The position numbers and the translations under genes are program-made. DNA of 64,000 bases, from NCBI GenBank assembly GCA_950097015.1, contig CATNEN010000012.1:2418001-2482000 (forward strand), read 5' to 3'. The stretch comes from Macrostomum hystrix. Taxonomy: Eukaryota; Animalia; Platyhelminthes. The notes beneath the pieces are model-generated. The model worked only from the letters and a program-made list of their open reading frames with translations. It did not search any database and had not been told where the DNA came from. Of the stretch, positions 24,101 through 35,928 are shown in pieces (within the stretch, counting starts at the first letter, position 1; every line of letters begins with the position of its first letter).

Positions 24101-25460
24101 ACCCCGCACAAGATGATGCTGACTCCCTATTGACCCCGCACAAGATGATGCTGACTCCCTATTGACCCCGCACAAGATGAGGCTGACTCCCCTATTGACC
24201 CCGCACAAGATGAGGCTGACTCCCCTATTGACCCCGCACAAGATGAGGCTGACTCCCTATTGACCCCGCACAAGATGAGGCTGACTCCCCTATTGACCCC
24301 GCACAAGATGAGGCTGACTCCCCTATTGACCCCGCACAAGATGAGGCTGACTCCCTATTGACCCCGCACAAGATGAGGCTGACTCCCCTATTGACCCCGC
24401 ACAAGATAAGGCTTACTGCCTATTGACCCCGCACAAGATGATGCTGACTCCCTATTGACCCCGCACAAGATGAGGCTGACTCCCCTATTGACCCCGCACA
24501 AGATGAGGCTGACTCCCCTATTGACCCCGCACAAGATGAGGCTGACTCCCTATTGACCCCGCACAAGATGAGGCTGACTCCCTATTGACCCCGCACAAGA
24601 TGAGGCTGACTCCCTATTGACCCCGCACAAGATGATGCTGACTCCCTATTGACCCCGCACAAGATGAGGCTGACTCCCCTATTGACCCCGCACAAGATGA
24701 TGCTGACTCCCTATTGACCCCGCACAAGATGAGGCTGACTCCCCTATTGACCCCGCACAAGATAAGGCTTACTGCCTATTGACCCCGCACAAGATGATGC
24801 TGACTCCCTATTGACCCCGCACAAGATGATGCTGACTCCCTATTGACCCCGCACAAGATGAGGCTGACTCCCCTATTGACCCCGCACAAGATGAGGCTGA
24901 CTCCCCTATTGACCCCGCACAAGATGAGGCTGACTCCCTATTGACCCCGCACAAGATGAGGCTGACTCCCCTATTGACCCCGCACAAGATGAGGCTGACT
25001 CCCCTATTGACCCCGCACAAGATGAGGCTGACTCCCTATTGACCCCGCACAAGATGAGGCTGACTCCCCTATTGACCCCGCACAAGATAAGGCTTACTGC
25101 CTATTGACCCCGCACAAGATGATGCTGACTCCCTATTGACCCCGCACAAGATGAGGCTGACTCCCCTATTGACCCCGCACAAGATGATGCTGACTCCCCT
25201 ATTGACCCCGCACAAGATGATGCTGACTCCCTATTGACCCCGCACAAGATGAGGCCGACTCCCCTATTGACCCCGCACAAGATGATGCTGACTCCCTATT
25301 GACCCCGCACAAGATGAGGCTGACTCCCTATTGACCCCGCACAAGATGAGGCTGACTCCCTATTGACCCCGCACAATATGCGGCTGACTCCCCTATTGAC
25401 CCCGCACAATATGCGGCTGACTCCCCTATTGACCCCGCACAATATGCGGCTGACCACCCC
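21176..25460. repeat. 4.3-kb minisatellite, 30-33-bp unit (gaccccgc[ac]aagatgaggctgactccc[c]tatt)
   Basis: About 130 units with interspersed variants and higher-order duplications. Confidence 0.98.
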
Positions 25461-26239
25461 TAGCTAATATGTCACAAGCGATTTGTGACACATGGTTGGC
25501 AAAATGTGACGGTGCCAATTTGTTATTGTTTGAGAACATTTAGCATATCTTATATACTTATAATATTGTATCTTCCACATTCAGCACTGGCTAAGGTATT
25601 TATTGTCAATTTTTATGCTTTTTTGTTTTCATTTGGCAAATTTTTCTACACTGGTTTAGTTGGAATAGGTTTTTTGCACTTCCACATTTATTATATTTTT
25701 TCTTTTTAAGTCTGCCTGGTATTAAGCGCAATTGATATTGATTTACTCACAATGGGCCTACTATTTCCCTGGCCACTGTCTACAGATGTAAAAATGCTTT
25801 CTCTCTTAAATTATAAGTTTTGTTACCCGCATTTATTGGTTTTATTATGCTCTATCATACGTGTCAATTATTCTAGCAGTTCTACTAACTCATTTATTGA
25901 TCCTGTTATTATTTCGCACATTTCTATACGGACTGCTCTAGTTTTTTTTCGAGCAGAAACTGTACACTCGTTTTGCTTATTTTTATTGTGTTTGTTACTG
26001 TAGAATAAAAATTTTATTGGTATTGATTCACATAAATATTGAAAGTTCTCGCCTTTCAAAGCTTGTTAATTACATTTACAAAAGCGTCGCTTCATTTTGT
26101 TTATAAGCTTCTCCCATAACTAACTACATCCCAGGAGTTAATAGTGTTTTAGACTTTGAAGCTTCAATTATAGGGAACCCCACGTATGTAGAAGCTAATT
26201 AAAACATCATTATGACTAGCATCAATTTACAAATATCTA

Positions 26240-26695
26240 CCTACCCCTAACGTACAATTTGTACATATCCTCCAGACTAGCCACTACCCAAATGTACACA
26301 TCCTCCGCACGAATCTCTACGCCGAAAGTACGCATCATCCAGACAAGCCTCTACCCCAAATTTACGCATCCTGCATACAAATCTCTACGTAGCCCTAAAA
26401 TGTACACATCCTCCAGACAACTTTCTACTACTAATGTACGCATCCTCCAGGCGAATCTCTACCTCTAATGTACTCATCCTCCAGGCGAATCTCTGCCCCG
26501 AATGTACACATCCTCCAGGCGAATCTCTACCCCTAATGTGCGCATCCTCTAGGCGAATCTCTACCCCTAATGTGCGCATCCTCCAGGCGAATCTCTGCCC
26601 CGAATGTACGCATCCTCCAGGTGAATCTCTGCCCCGAATGTACACATCCTCCAGGCGAATCTCTACCCCTAATGTGCGCATCCTCTAGGCGAATC
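26240..26695. repeat. 34-bp minisatellite (gaatctctacccctaatgtgcgcatcctccaggc), degenerate at its 5' side
   Basis: About 13 units visible. Confidence 0.92.
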
Positions 26696-26888
26696 ATTTT
26701 TATTTTTAGGGCAGGAATATCACATTGATTGATTAGTCTAATTTTTGACTTCACAACTGTTTGTTCCACAATTACTATAACAAATAATGAACTTTCTTCC
26801 TCCAGGGCCGGGTCGGCGCAGCCTAGGTAGTCAATAATTTTAATAAACTGTCAAGGAAAAGAAGAAGCTCACACTAGAGGAACTCAGA

Positions 26889-28211
26889 ATGGCCACAACC
26901 GCTGCACCGGCTGCCTCGACCGCCAGTTGCGCAACAATGCCACAGTCTTCGGAGGCGAGCTCAGCAGTTGTCCAGCTGCTGGTTGCCGGTAAGCGCCATC
27001 TGGCTCCTATCGAACGGTTGCGCCTAGCCAGCCCAGTGTTTGCCAGAATGCTCAGTCCGGAGTGGGCGCCCACCGTTATAGCCGTTGATGGACAGGTTAG
27101 CGCCGGATTGCTAGTTCTGCATGAGTCGCCGGACTGTGTAAATAGTTTTGCCAATTTTCTCGCCTGCCTACTAGAGGTGAACGATGAAGCCGCTCGGATT
27201 CACCTACCGTTAGACGACTGGCCGCGCATAGCTGGAGTGCTGCTGCTGGCTGACAAATATCTGGCCGATGGCGTCCGACGCGCTTGCGAATCAGTTCTGT
27301 GCGATCAGCTGATGCTGTTGCTCTCTTCGCTGGACTTTCATTCTGCCGAGGACGTCTTTGTCCTGCCGTGGTGGCTAGCTGAATACGAAGGACTTCGCTG
27401 GCTTCAATTGAGTCGAGCCTGCGCCCTTTGCCTGCAGCTGGCGGGCTGTCAGCTGCGCAGCTTGCTGTGGGACGAGTCGGCTGGCCGAGCCTTCCTGGCC
27501 GGCCTGACAGCCCAGGAGTTCGCCAGCCTGCTGGCTGCGGCGGTGGACTTTACTGAAATCGGCGGTCCGGAGTCGGCAGCCGATGCTCTCATCGTTGCCT
27601 GCGAGAATCAATGGCCAGCTGTGGATGACGATGACAAAGTCAAGCGTTGCCTAGCCAGCCTTCTGACATCAGCTAGCCGAAGGAAGTCGCCGCAACAGCT
27701 GCTGCTTCTATTGGATGGTCCGCAATTCTGTCGTCTGCGCCAACTTCGACCGCGGCCGGCTGAGACAGAATGGCGTCTGGCCGCCGCGGCCATCAGCGCC
27801 AACTGGTTTAGGCTTCGGGTGCCGATTAAAACCTTGCTGAACGGCGCCGGGCGGGTGGCCAGAATGAGTCACGATTCGCGCCTGTTCTACACGCTTGTTG
27901 CAGGGCCAGATTCAGAATCCACACTGATCAGGTTTCACTTCTTGCCTGCCGCTTCCGGTTGCAGCCTGTGGACTGCGCCCGTTGATTGGTCTAGCGGCTG
28001 TCCGCTGGGCCTGCGTCGACTGCCGGTGCCGCCGCGGTCGGCGCCCTCCGTCGGTTCAGTCCAGCTGGACTACGCCTGCTGGGGCCACGCTGGAACGGTT
28101 GAAGTGCTGCCCGACTGGGCCGAGCTCCGCCTGCCGACAGCTGCCATCAACGACGTCAGCGGAGACGCCTGCCTGCTGGTCCATTTGGAGACTGAGAAGT
28201 TGATAGAATAG
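26889..28211 (+). CDS. BTB/POZ-domain protein, intronless, 440 aa
   Basis: LRLASPVFARML...LHES...LLLADKYLADGVRRACESVL is BTB-like; long GC-rich open frame; the C-terminal half is not recognised. Confidence 0.8.
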   Translation: MATTAAPAASTASCATMPQSSEASSAVVQLLVAGKRHLAPIERLRLASPVFARMLSPEWAPTVIAVDGQVSAGLLVLHESPDCVNSFANFLACLLEVNDEAARIHLPLDDWPRIAGVLLLADKYLADGVRRACESVLCDQLMLLLSSLDFHSAEDVFVLPWWLAEYEGLRWLQLSRACALCLQLAGCQLRSLLWDESAGRAFLAGLTAQEFASLLAAAVDFTEIGGPESAADALIVACENQWPAVDDDDKVKRCLASLLTSASRRKSPQQLLLLLDGPQFCRLRQLRPRPAETEWRLAAAAISANWFRLRVPIKTLLNGAGRVARMSHDSRLFYTLVAGPDSESTLIRFHFLPAASGCSLWTAPVDWSSGCPLGLRRLPVPPRSAPSVGSVQLDYACWGHAGTVEVLPDWAELRLPTAAINDVSGDACLLVHLETEKLIE

Positions 28212-28435
28212 GTAGACAGTAGACTGCGAAGTAGATAGAATAGGTAGACAGTAGACTTGAGAAGTAGATAGAGCAGGTAGACTGTACACTGCGAAGTAGA
28301 TAGAATAGGTAGACTGGAGACTGAGAAGTAGATAGAATATGTAGACTGTAGACTGAGAAGTATATAGAATAGGTAGACTGGAGACTGAGAAGTATATAGA
28401 ATAGGTAGACTGGAGACTGAGAAGTAGATTCTGAG
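28184..28435. repeat. 32-34-bp minisatellite (ggagactgagaagtagatagaataggtagact) overlapping the BTB stop codon
   Basis: About 7-8 units; the first unit encodes ETEKLIE*. Confidence 0.9.
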
Positions 28436-29479
28436 ACGAGAAAGGAATCAGTTATTTCTTGGAATTTGCACTTTAAAGTTTGCACTTTAGATTTCTTAAT
28501 CAAGGCAAAATTTTTCTTGTCGATGCTTTTTAAAGTCCAGAAAAGAAAAAGTTGATGATCTATTGCTATACATATTATCTTGATTATCTTGAGCACAAAG
28601 TTTATTCTGGCCTTTTGCATCCTACTCATTATGCAATTTTTTACTAAACTCTATATTCAGCACCCGCGCTTCTTTAAAAAAAATCATTTCTGAGTACCAA
28701 AATGATCTGCTGATGCTTCTGGATTTTCTAAGTCAGTTTTCAAGAAACAGGTCTACATTATCAGCTTATGACTGCTTGTATTAGTTTTTCACTTTTTACT
28801 GTGTTTATTAACATTTCAAGCCATTTTTGTAGTGCTTACTTTGGTTCTTAAATATTTTCATTGTTGTTGTTGTTCTAAATTGTCTTGATGGCTCTTATCC
28901 CATGCAATTCTAGGTCCTTAGACCTTAAACTTTGTATATATCCACTGTATCAAAAGTTAATTAGACAATCCATGCAGAACCAAACCATGCGACAGAAAGG
29001 TATCATTGTTGCAAGACTATATTTATGCCGTGAAGACATTATCGCGAGAGACTTCAACGGGCTATTGTCCGAAATTGGTACACTAAAGACGTGGTCACTG
29101 GCCAAATTTTAAATTGTATTTTCAACTTCTTAAAGTAAGAAGTTCTGGATGCTTACACGAGTAAATATATTTTTAGTTAAATCTGCTAAGTCTGCCCCAC
29201 ATAGTAGAAGGACCGTGCTTTTTCCCCTGCGGAGGGACAATGGGGGTATTACAAATAACCACTGCCTACTTCACGACTGCTCCCAAACCGTGAAAGTCCC
29301 ACCACCATATAACATCAAAATTTACGCCATTTACAAAACCGTCCGAGTAAGCATCGCCGAGATTTCAGCGATTTCTATTCTAATCTAATAAGTTGCAGAT
29401 TCTATTCTAATAAGTTTGCTATTTAATATTAAATTTCCATCCTTAAAATGGTTTAAAAACTTTTATTTTTACTTTAAAG

Positions 29480-30143
29480 CAGGGGTAGGCAAACTTATTT
29501 GCTTGCGGGCCAAAGAGAGAACCTAAAAGACGACAGCGGGCCGCATTAACTGCATAAATATGAGATAGGGGAGAGATGAGATTAGACACGGGAGAGATTA
29601 GACACGGGAGATATTAGACACGGGAGAGATTAGACACGGGAGAGATTAGACACGGGAGATATTAGACACGGGAGAAATTAGACACGGGAGAGATTAGACA
29701 CGGGAGAGATTAGACACGAGAGAGATTAGACACGGGAGATATTAGACACGGGAGATATTAGACACGGGAGAGATTAGACACGGGAGATATTAGACACGGG
29801 AGAAATTAGACAAGGGTGAGATTAGACACGGGAGAGATTAGACACGGGAGAAATTAGACACGGGAGAGATTAGACACGGGAGAGATTAGACACGGGAGAT
29901 ATTAGACACGGGAGAGATTAGACACGAGAGCGATGAGACACGGGAGAGATTAGACACGGGAGAGATTAGACACGGGAGAGATTAGACACGAGAGAGATTA
30001 GACACGGGAGAGATTAGACACGGGAGAGATTAGACACGAGAGAGATGAAACAGGACTCTGTAGATGTCAGAAGGGGCAACGGGCCGGATTTGAGAGCTTC
30101 GAGGGCCGCATCTGGCCCGCGGGCCGGAGTTTGCCGACCCCTG
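29480..30143 (-). mobile_element. hAT MITE (same family as 5616-6487) with internal 16-bp array (gagagattagacacgg)
   Basis: TIRs caggggtaggcaaac / gtttgccgacccctg; perfect 8-bp TSD CTTTAAAG (29472-29479 and 30144-30151); arms closely match copy 5616. Confidence 0.95.
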
Positions 30144-30712
30144 CTTTAAAGGAATAACTTTAAAGGCAAGAATGAAAACTTAAACCATTAAGAACTTACT
30201 ATTACGAGTACTAACCACTAAGAACGAATAATAACAATGCAAGAACTTAGCCGTTCTCACTAAATCGCTTCAAGGCCTGTCGCCCTGTCTTTGACTATGT
30301 GTAAAAAAACAACTGAAAACTATTCTATAGTGTCGGCCGCGTATTGTGTCCGTCTTGTCGAGGCTTGTTTACGACACACGCTTTGCTAAGTCCCTCCCCC
30401 CTTTAGTGGGGTGCGAGAAAAATAAGAGGGTCGGACCTCAATCACATCGAGTTAAAATCAGACATACATAGACAAAATAATCATCTATGTACACTGATCA
30501 CGTGATCTATTTTATTGGTTAGGCAAATAAAGTCCCCTCTAGCCTGGCCGATCGAACAAGCCAACCCCACCTCCAAAATTTCAAGCCTTATCGTTTCCTC
30601 TTAGAATTCTATATTATACAAATCAAAACAAGCTAGCTTGTTCAACTTTATTTAACCTCTTCGCTATACCAATAAGTTTTCTGACGACAACAGAGCAAAA
30701 CAAGGCTAAATA

Positions 30713-32134
30713 ATGAGTAGCCTAGTTAACTATGTTAAAAGTATTAAAAAAGCAGCCAAGCCTGGCGCTGAGGATGCATTCGACCGTATGCATTTTGTCT
30801 GGACGCCGATGCTACTTCTGCTCTGCAGTCTGGTGGTTTTCGGCAAGGAATACATTGGCAGCCCGATGCACTGTGTGTTCTCCGGCAATCAACAGCACCA
30901 CCCTAGTGGATTCTTGGACTTTGCGCAGAGTTACTGTTGGGCATATGGCACCTACTCGTTCTCGAAGGAGGCAGCCATTAGCCTAACTAAATTCAGGGCC
31001 GAAATTGGAAATCAAGAAAAATATTGGAATGAAAACATGTCTAGTCACCTTCTTACCTATTACCAATGGGTGCCTTTTGCGCTACTTGCTCAGTGCATTG
31101 TGGCATACCTACCAAAAATAATCTGGCAACTGATTTGCAGCCATCAGTTCGGCTCGGACATCTACTGTCTTATTAGCCTGGCAGCCAAAGCTAAGACTAG
31201 CGACGCCAAGGAGTTTCGCCAGCAGGCTGAACGCATAGCCGATGTCATCGAGCGTGTGCTAGTCTACAATCGCGAGTATCGAGATGGAAGATGGCAACAA
31301 CTGAAAGCCGCGCTATACAGCAGGTGCAGCCTCCTCCTACCCAGCAAACGAATGGGAACAATGCTGACTTTGCTGTACATCTTTGTTAAGTTCCTCTGTT
31401 TGGCCAATGTCTTCTGCCAGTTGGCTTTCATGGCTGCTTTCCTTGGCTTCTGGCAGCGCGGAATGTTCTCATTCGGCTGGACTATGGTGCACAATCTGAG
31501 CATTGGTCGGAACTGGAAGCACACTATGCTGTTCCCTCTGCATACTCTTTGCTACCTGACCCTTGCCATTGATCCTGGCACCACTAATTCTTATGTTGGC
31601 CAGTGCAGCCTGCCAGTGAACATTGTCAACGAGAAGATCTACATTCTGCTATTCTTCTGGTTTCTGATCCTGGGATTGGTCACCATTCTGAACATCATCC
31701 GCTGGAGTTTCCGCATGCTACTCACGCGCAGCCGTGTCAGCTCTGTGAAGCGCTTCCTGTACTTGTCTGGCACTGACGAATGCGAGCCAGACCAGAATGC
31801 TCGTCTGTCAATAGACAAGCACTCGGTCAAGTCCTTCATCGCTAAATTCCTGCGCCACGACGGCGTCTTCTTGGTCCTGATGCTGAGCGAAGGCTCCGAC
31901 AAGGTGATCACCACGGCTGTGCTACGCCTTCTCTACCAGCGATGGCTCGTCAAGCACCATAGCTGCGACCTGCGAGTGTCGCACATTCGCAGTATGACAG
32001 GCGATGAGAGCAACAGAACTGGCCGGGACACAGTCTGCAAGCGGCTGATCAATTCAGCCAAGCTCAGCCCAGATTCGGACAAGATTCCCTGTGCGTCAAC
32101 TGTGATGGACGAGAGTGGCCTACTATCTGTGTAG
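30713..32134 (+). CDS. inx: Innexin (invertebrate gap junction protein), intronless, 473 aa
   Basis: FGKEYIGSPMHC, SYCW, TYYQWVPF, FP..T.C and CSLPVNIVNEKIYILLFFW; four TM segments. Confidence 0.96.
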   Translation: MSSLVNYVKSIKKAAKPGAEDAFDRMHFVWTPMLLLLCSLVVFGKEYIGSPMHCVFSGNQQHHPSGFLDFAQSYCWAYGTYSFSKEAAISLTKFRAEIGNQEKYWNENMSSHLLTYYQWVPFALLAQCIVAYLPKIIWQLICSHQFGSDIYCLISLAAKAKTSDAKEFRQQAERIADVIERVLVYNREYRDGRWQQLKAALYSRCSLLLPSKRMGTMLTLLYIFVKFLCLANVFCQLAFMAAFLGFWQRGMFSFGWTMVHNLSIGRNWKHTMLFPLHTLCYLTLAIDPGTTNSYVGQCSLPVNIVNEKIYILLFFWFLILGLVTILNIIRWSFRMLLTRSRVSSVKRFLYLSGTDECEPDQNARLSIDKHSVKSFIAKFLRHDGVFLVLMLSEGSDKVITTAVLRLLYQRWLVKHHSCDLRVSHIRSMTGDESNRTGRDTVCKRLINSAKLSPDSDKIPCASTVMDESGLLSV

Positions 32135-32385
32135 ATCATAGCTAGATTGCTTCTGGTAAGTGCATGGACCCCAGAAACATCTCCTGTACTCTTCAATATC
32201 CCAGCTGTTATCCCAGCTCCAACAAACAATTATCCCAGCTTTTATCTCAGCTCCAACTAACAATAGCCCAGCTTTTATCCCAGCCCTGTCAATATCCATG
32301 TCCGGAGATCATATTCTATACGAGCGTATCAGTATCCCAGCTGTTATCCTAACCATATCAGTACCCAGCTGTTTTCCACCTGTCC

Positions 32386-32425
32386 GAATCCCGAATCCCG
32401 AATCCGAATCCCGAATCCGAATCCC
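32386..32425. repeat. (ccgaat)n hexamer microsatellite
   Basis: About 6 units. Confidence 0.8.
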
Positions 32426-34084
32426 ATCCATTGGCCAGTAGAGTAACACACCATACATATCTCACACCTTTCGAGTCTAGCCCAGTTTCCTAGTTCTAGT
32501 TTTTTTCTGCGTTAAATACATATTAGTAAGGTAACAACTATTTGGAAAGTGATTTCTCAGTCGCTATAAGCTAACGTAAAAATAAGTTGAATAACTTTTT
32601 CCTGAGGTCATCTATCTTTTGCCTATCAAAATATTTGTGATTTTTTGTTCAACTTGTTAAGCGCTCATTTTTATTTAAAAAAGCCCTTTAATATATCGTT
32701 ACACTACTTAAAGTATGTGTTTTATTTTTCTTAACAACCAACTCTATTTTGTATCTTGATTACATAAAATTCCTAATAGTTCACCTATTTTGACCTAAAA
32801 AGATGATTTTTTACGCCTGCTGTTTCCCTGACGCCACAATTCTTTTCTGTTCTGTTTTGTTTCTAATTTGTTCTCGACTATAAATCTAGTTATTCATTCC
32901 TATAATTTCTGTTAAAAACTTAACTCGTATTCGTATTCAAAATTAAAGACCTTTGAAATCGTCCTCTGGACAGATCTTTCGCAAGGAGATCTAGTGTCTC
33001 ATAGTGTCGGGGTTTGGATTGTAATAAAATAAAGCTTGTTCGGTTTACCGTTAGTCTTGAAAGTTTTTATATTACAGTTTTATTTTTTATGTCCTGTAAT
33101 TGGTTTTAATTATACATGCATACTTTTAACTCTAGAAACAGTGGATGTACTGCTATACATATGAGATATGAGTACATGTGAGTACATTATGAGATCCCTA
33201 ATGTACAACATGGGTAATTCCAATATTACTCCTCAAATCGGATGTTTTTCTGGGACTATTGGTGCGGACTAAAGCAGATAAGTCCACCAAACTACATGAA
33301 CAATACGTGTAACTAAAATATCCGGTTATATAGAAGTAATCTCAAGAGCTACTGCCAAAGCAGTGAAGCCATGCAGGCATAAAAAATGCAATCCGATCAA
33401 GTTCAAGCCGATTGCCCCCCTTGCTCATGCCCGGCTCTTAGCTTTGTCATTTGAAATCTTTTTATTTTTCAAATTGGTCCGCTAAGTTTAGCCTTTTGGA
33501 ATCATGACAAAGAATTTTAAATTTGGTCCCCGATTGGGTCTCTTAAGACGTACAGGTGAATAGATTAGTAATGATTTTACATTCAGATAACCTTTAAAAA
33601 AGTAACATTTTTGGGCTTATTTTACGAAAATTTACAGTTTTAAGTATCGTTGTTGTCATGACGTAAGACTTTGTTTTACTTGGTATTTTATTTAAATTCA
33701 AAAGCAAACGCAATTTTTATGTGGATTTAATATATGTGCACATGTTAAGCAGACAGACAGGCAATACATACATACATACATACATGATACATACTTCATT
33801 GTATACACAACACTGCATTCCAGCATGCACTATACTAATCGGTACAGTTCATTACTCATGGGCGAATTTTAAAGAACGAATTACTCGTCTTTTGAATTTA
33901 GTGTTTTTTGGGAGAGGACAGCCTTCAAGACAACGAAAAAAGTAATTTTTAGATCTCTGGTACTTTCACGTGCTACTAGTTGACTTCACATATTCAACCG
34001 GATATGTCAGACAGTTTGTTGAACTAAACTGGCACTAGACCTCGTAAACAGCAGTAGAGAGTATGTTTGAAGCAAATAATGCTT

Positions 34085-34205
34085 TTTCCTAAGCTTCCGC
34101 CTTCCTAAGCTTCCTAAGCTTTTTCCTAAGCTTCCTATGCCTCCTAAGCTTTTTCCTAAGCTTCCTAAGCTTTTACCTAAGCTTCCTAAGCTTTTTCCTA
34201 GCTTG
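34085..34205. repeat. Short degenerate ctaagctt-based tandem repeat
   Basis: Repeated cctaagcttc / cctaagcttttt units. Confidence 0.8.
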
Positions 34206-34285
34206 TATATAAGCTATATAAGCTAAGGTGGTTATAATTGTCATGACCCATCATCTTGCCTCATATATTAGGCTGAATATTTTAA

Positions 34286-34904
34286 GGTAGGCCTAGCCGT
34301 TTGATTATTCGTCCGGTTAACTGGACAAATAGCCATTTGGTTATTCGTCCGGTTAACCGGACAAATAGCCGTTTGATTATTCGTCCGGTTAACCGGACAA
34401 ATAGCCGTTTGATTATTCGTCGGGTTAACCGGTTAACAGTGACTTTGCTGTCAACCACTGATGTCAAAGTGGTGGTAATATTCATGTAGGCATCGTTTCT
34501 TAGAAATGTTTATCATATAAATCCATTGTTGAGTTAGCTGAGTCCCTGGCAAAATAGGAAACTAAAAGCTGCTAACCTATCTAACTAAAAGGGCAATTGA
34601 TCTATATGCTATCTATATATAATTTTAGGTTGCCGACAGACCAATGCCTGGATCAAGGAACAACTGTCTTCGTTTATATATATATATCTTAATATATTGC
34701 CTCTTAATAGCCATAGCCAATAGCCGTTTGATTATTCGTCCGGTTAAATTAAAACCAAAACTTTTCGGTGTTGACTATATCTCCTGCATCAAAGTCACTG
34801 TTAACCGGTTAACCGGACGAATAATCAAACGGCTATTTGTCCGGTTAACCGGACGAATAACCAAATGGCTATTTGTCCGGTTAACCGGACAAATAACAAC
34901 TACC
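34286..34904. mobile_element. Mutator-like/foldback MITE whose TIRs are built of 36-bp repeats
   Basis: Termini GGTAG / CTACC; 9-bp TSD ATATTTTAA (34277-34285 and 34905-34913). Left arm has tagccgtttgattattcgtccggttaaccggacaaa repeats ending ggttaacagtgacttt, mirrored at 34792-34897. Confidence 0.9.
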
Positions 34905-35928
34905 ATATTTTAATGTACAGCTAATTAACAATTATGAAATGAAAATGATTTATCAGGTTTATATAACTGGCTAGCATAAGTGTGGCTGGCTATATACTAC
35001 ATGTCTACACTTTCTAGTTTTTTTTCATTGATAGTCCTAGCTACTAGGCCTAGGTTTTTATAAACCATTCTGTATAGGCCTAGTTAATAAGAAAACATCA
35101 TAACTATCCCATCGTACACTGAACTCAAAAAATCCATCACAAAGACAGCAGTTGTCAACCCTTAAACTGATAGATCTAGAAATATTAAACAAAATTAAAA
35201 GCAAACATAGTCTATTCTATTTAATACAGTCCTAGTTAGCAACATTATGAAAGATAAAATCACTAATTTTATCTACCATTTTCAGAAATTTATTTAATAT
35301 ACAGTAATTAGATTTAGAAAGATAGTATTTATAGTGGAGGCAGGCTCAATCTGAATATATTCTTGTTTTATTGTATTTCTATGAGTTGTATCTGTGTGTG
35401 AGTATGTCACACGATTTAATTCATTAGTTTATAAAGTAAAAAACTAGGATGTTTTAGGGCCTAAAAACTAATTAATTTAACATGTACAGATTATTTTAGA
35501 TAATACATTTAGTGTGACTGCTTATGGCTATTATATATTGTTTCAGTTTAATAAACCTATCAATTTAATGTATTTTTTGTACTATTATAGTTGGATTTCA
35601 ATTAAAGTTATAGATTTTTTATAGTTTTATATAAATTGAGCAAATTGGCTTTCAAATGAAAGTCAATGAAAATCAAGCTGATTGAATCTCTGTTAATCTC
35701 CAATACTTAGCTTCTCAGATACATAAAGCAATAGTGAAATGATTTTTTGCCAACTTATGTCTATGCAAGCTAAAATATATCAGAAGCTTGTCTGAACTGA
35801 ACTTTTCAGCTCATTGCCTGGCAGCAGCAACTGCAGCTAGGATCTGCTGGTTGCCATGACGTGAATCAGATTTCTTCAGGCTGAAACATTGGTTGCACAG
35901 ACACCCCCATCCACATTATTGGAACAGC

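Noticed and set aside
21176-25460. CRISPR-like appearance of 30-34-bp repeats here and at 41150 and 60770
   Set aside because: Units are head-to-tail with no unique spacers, there are no cas genes, and the context is eukaryotic.
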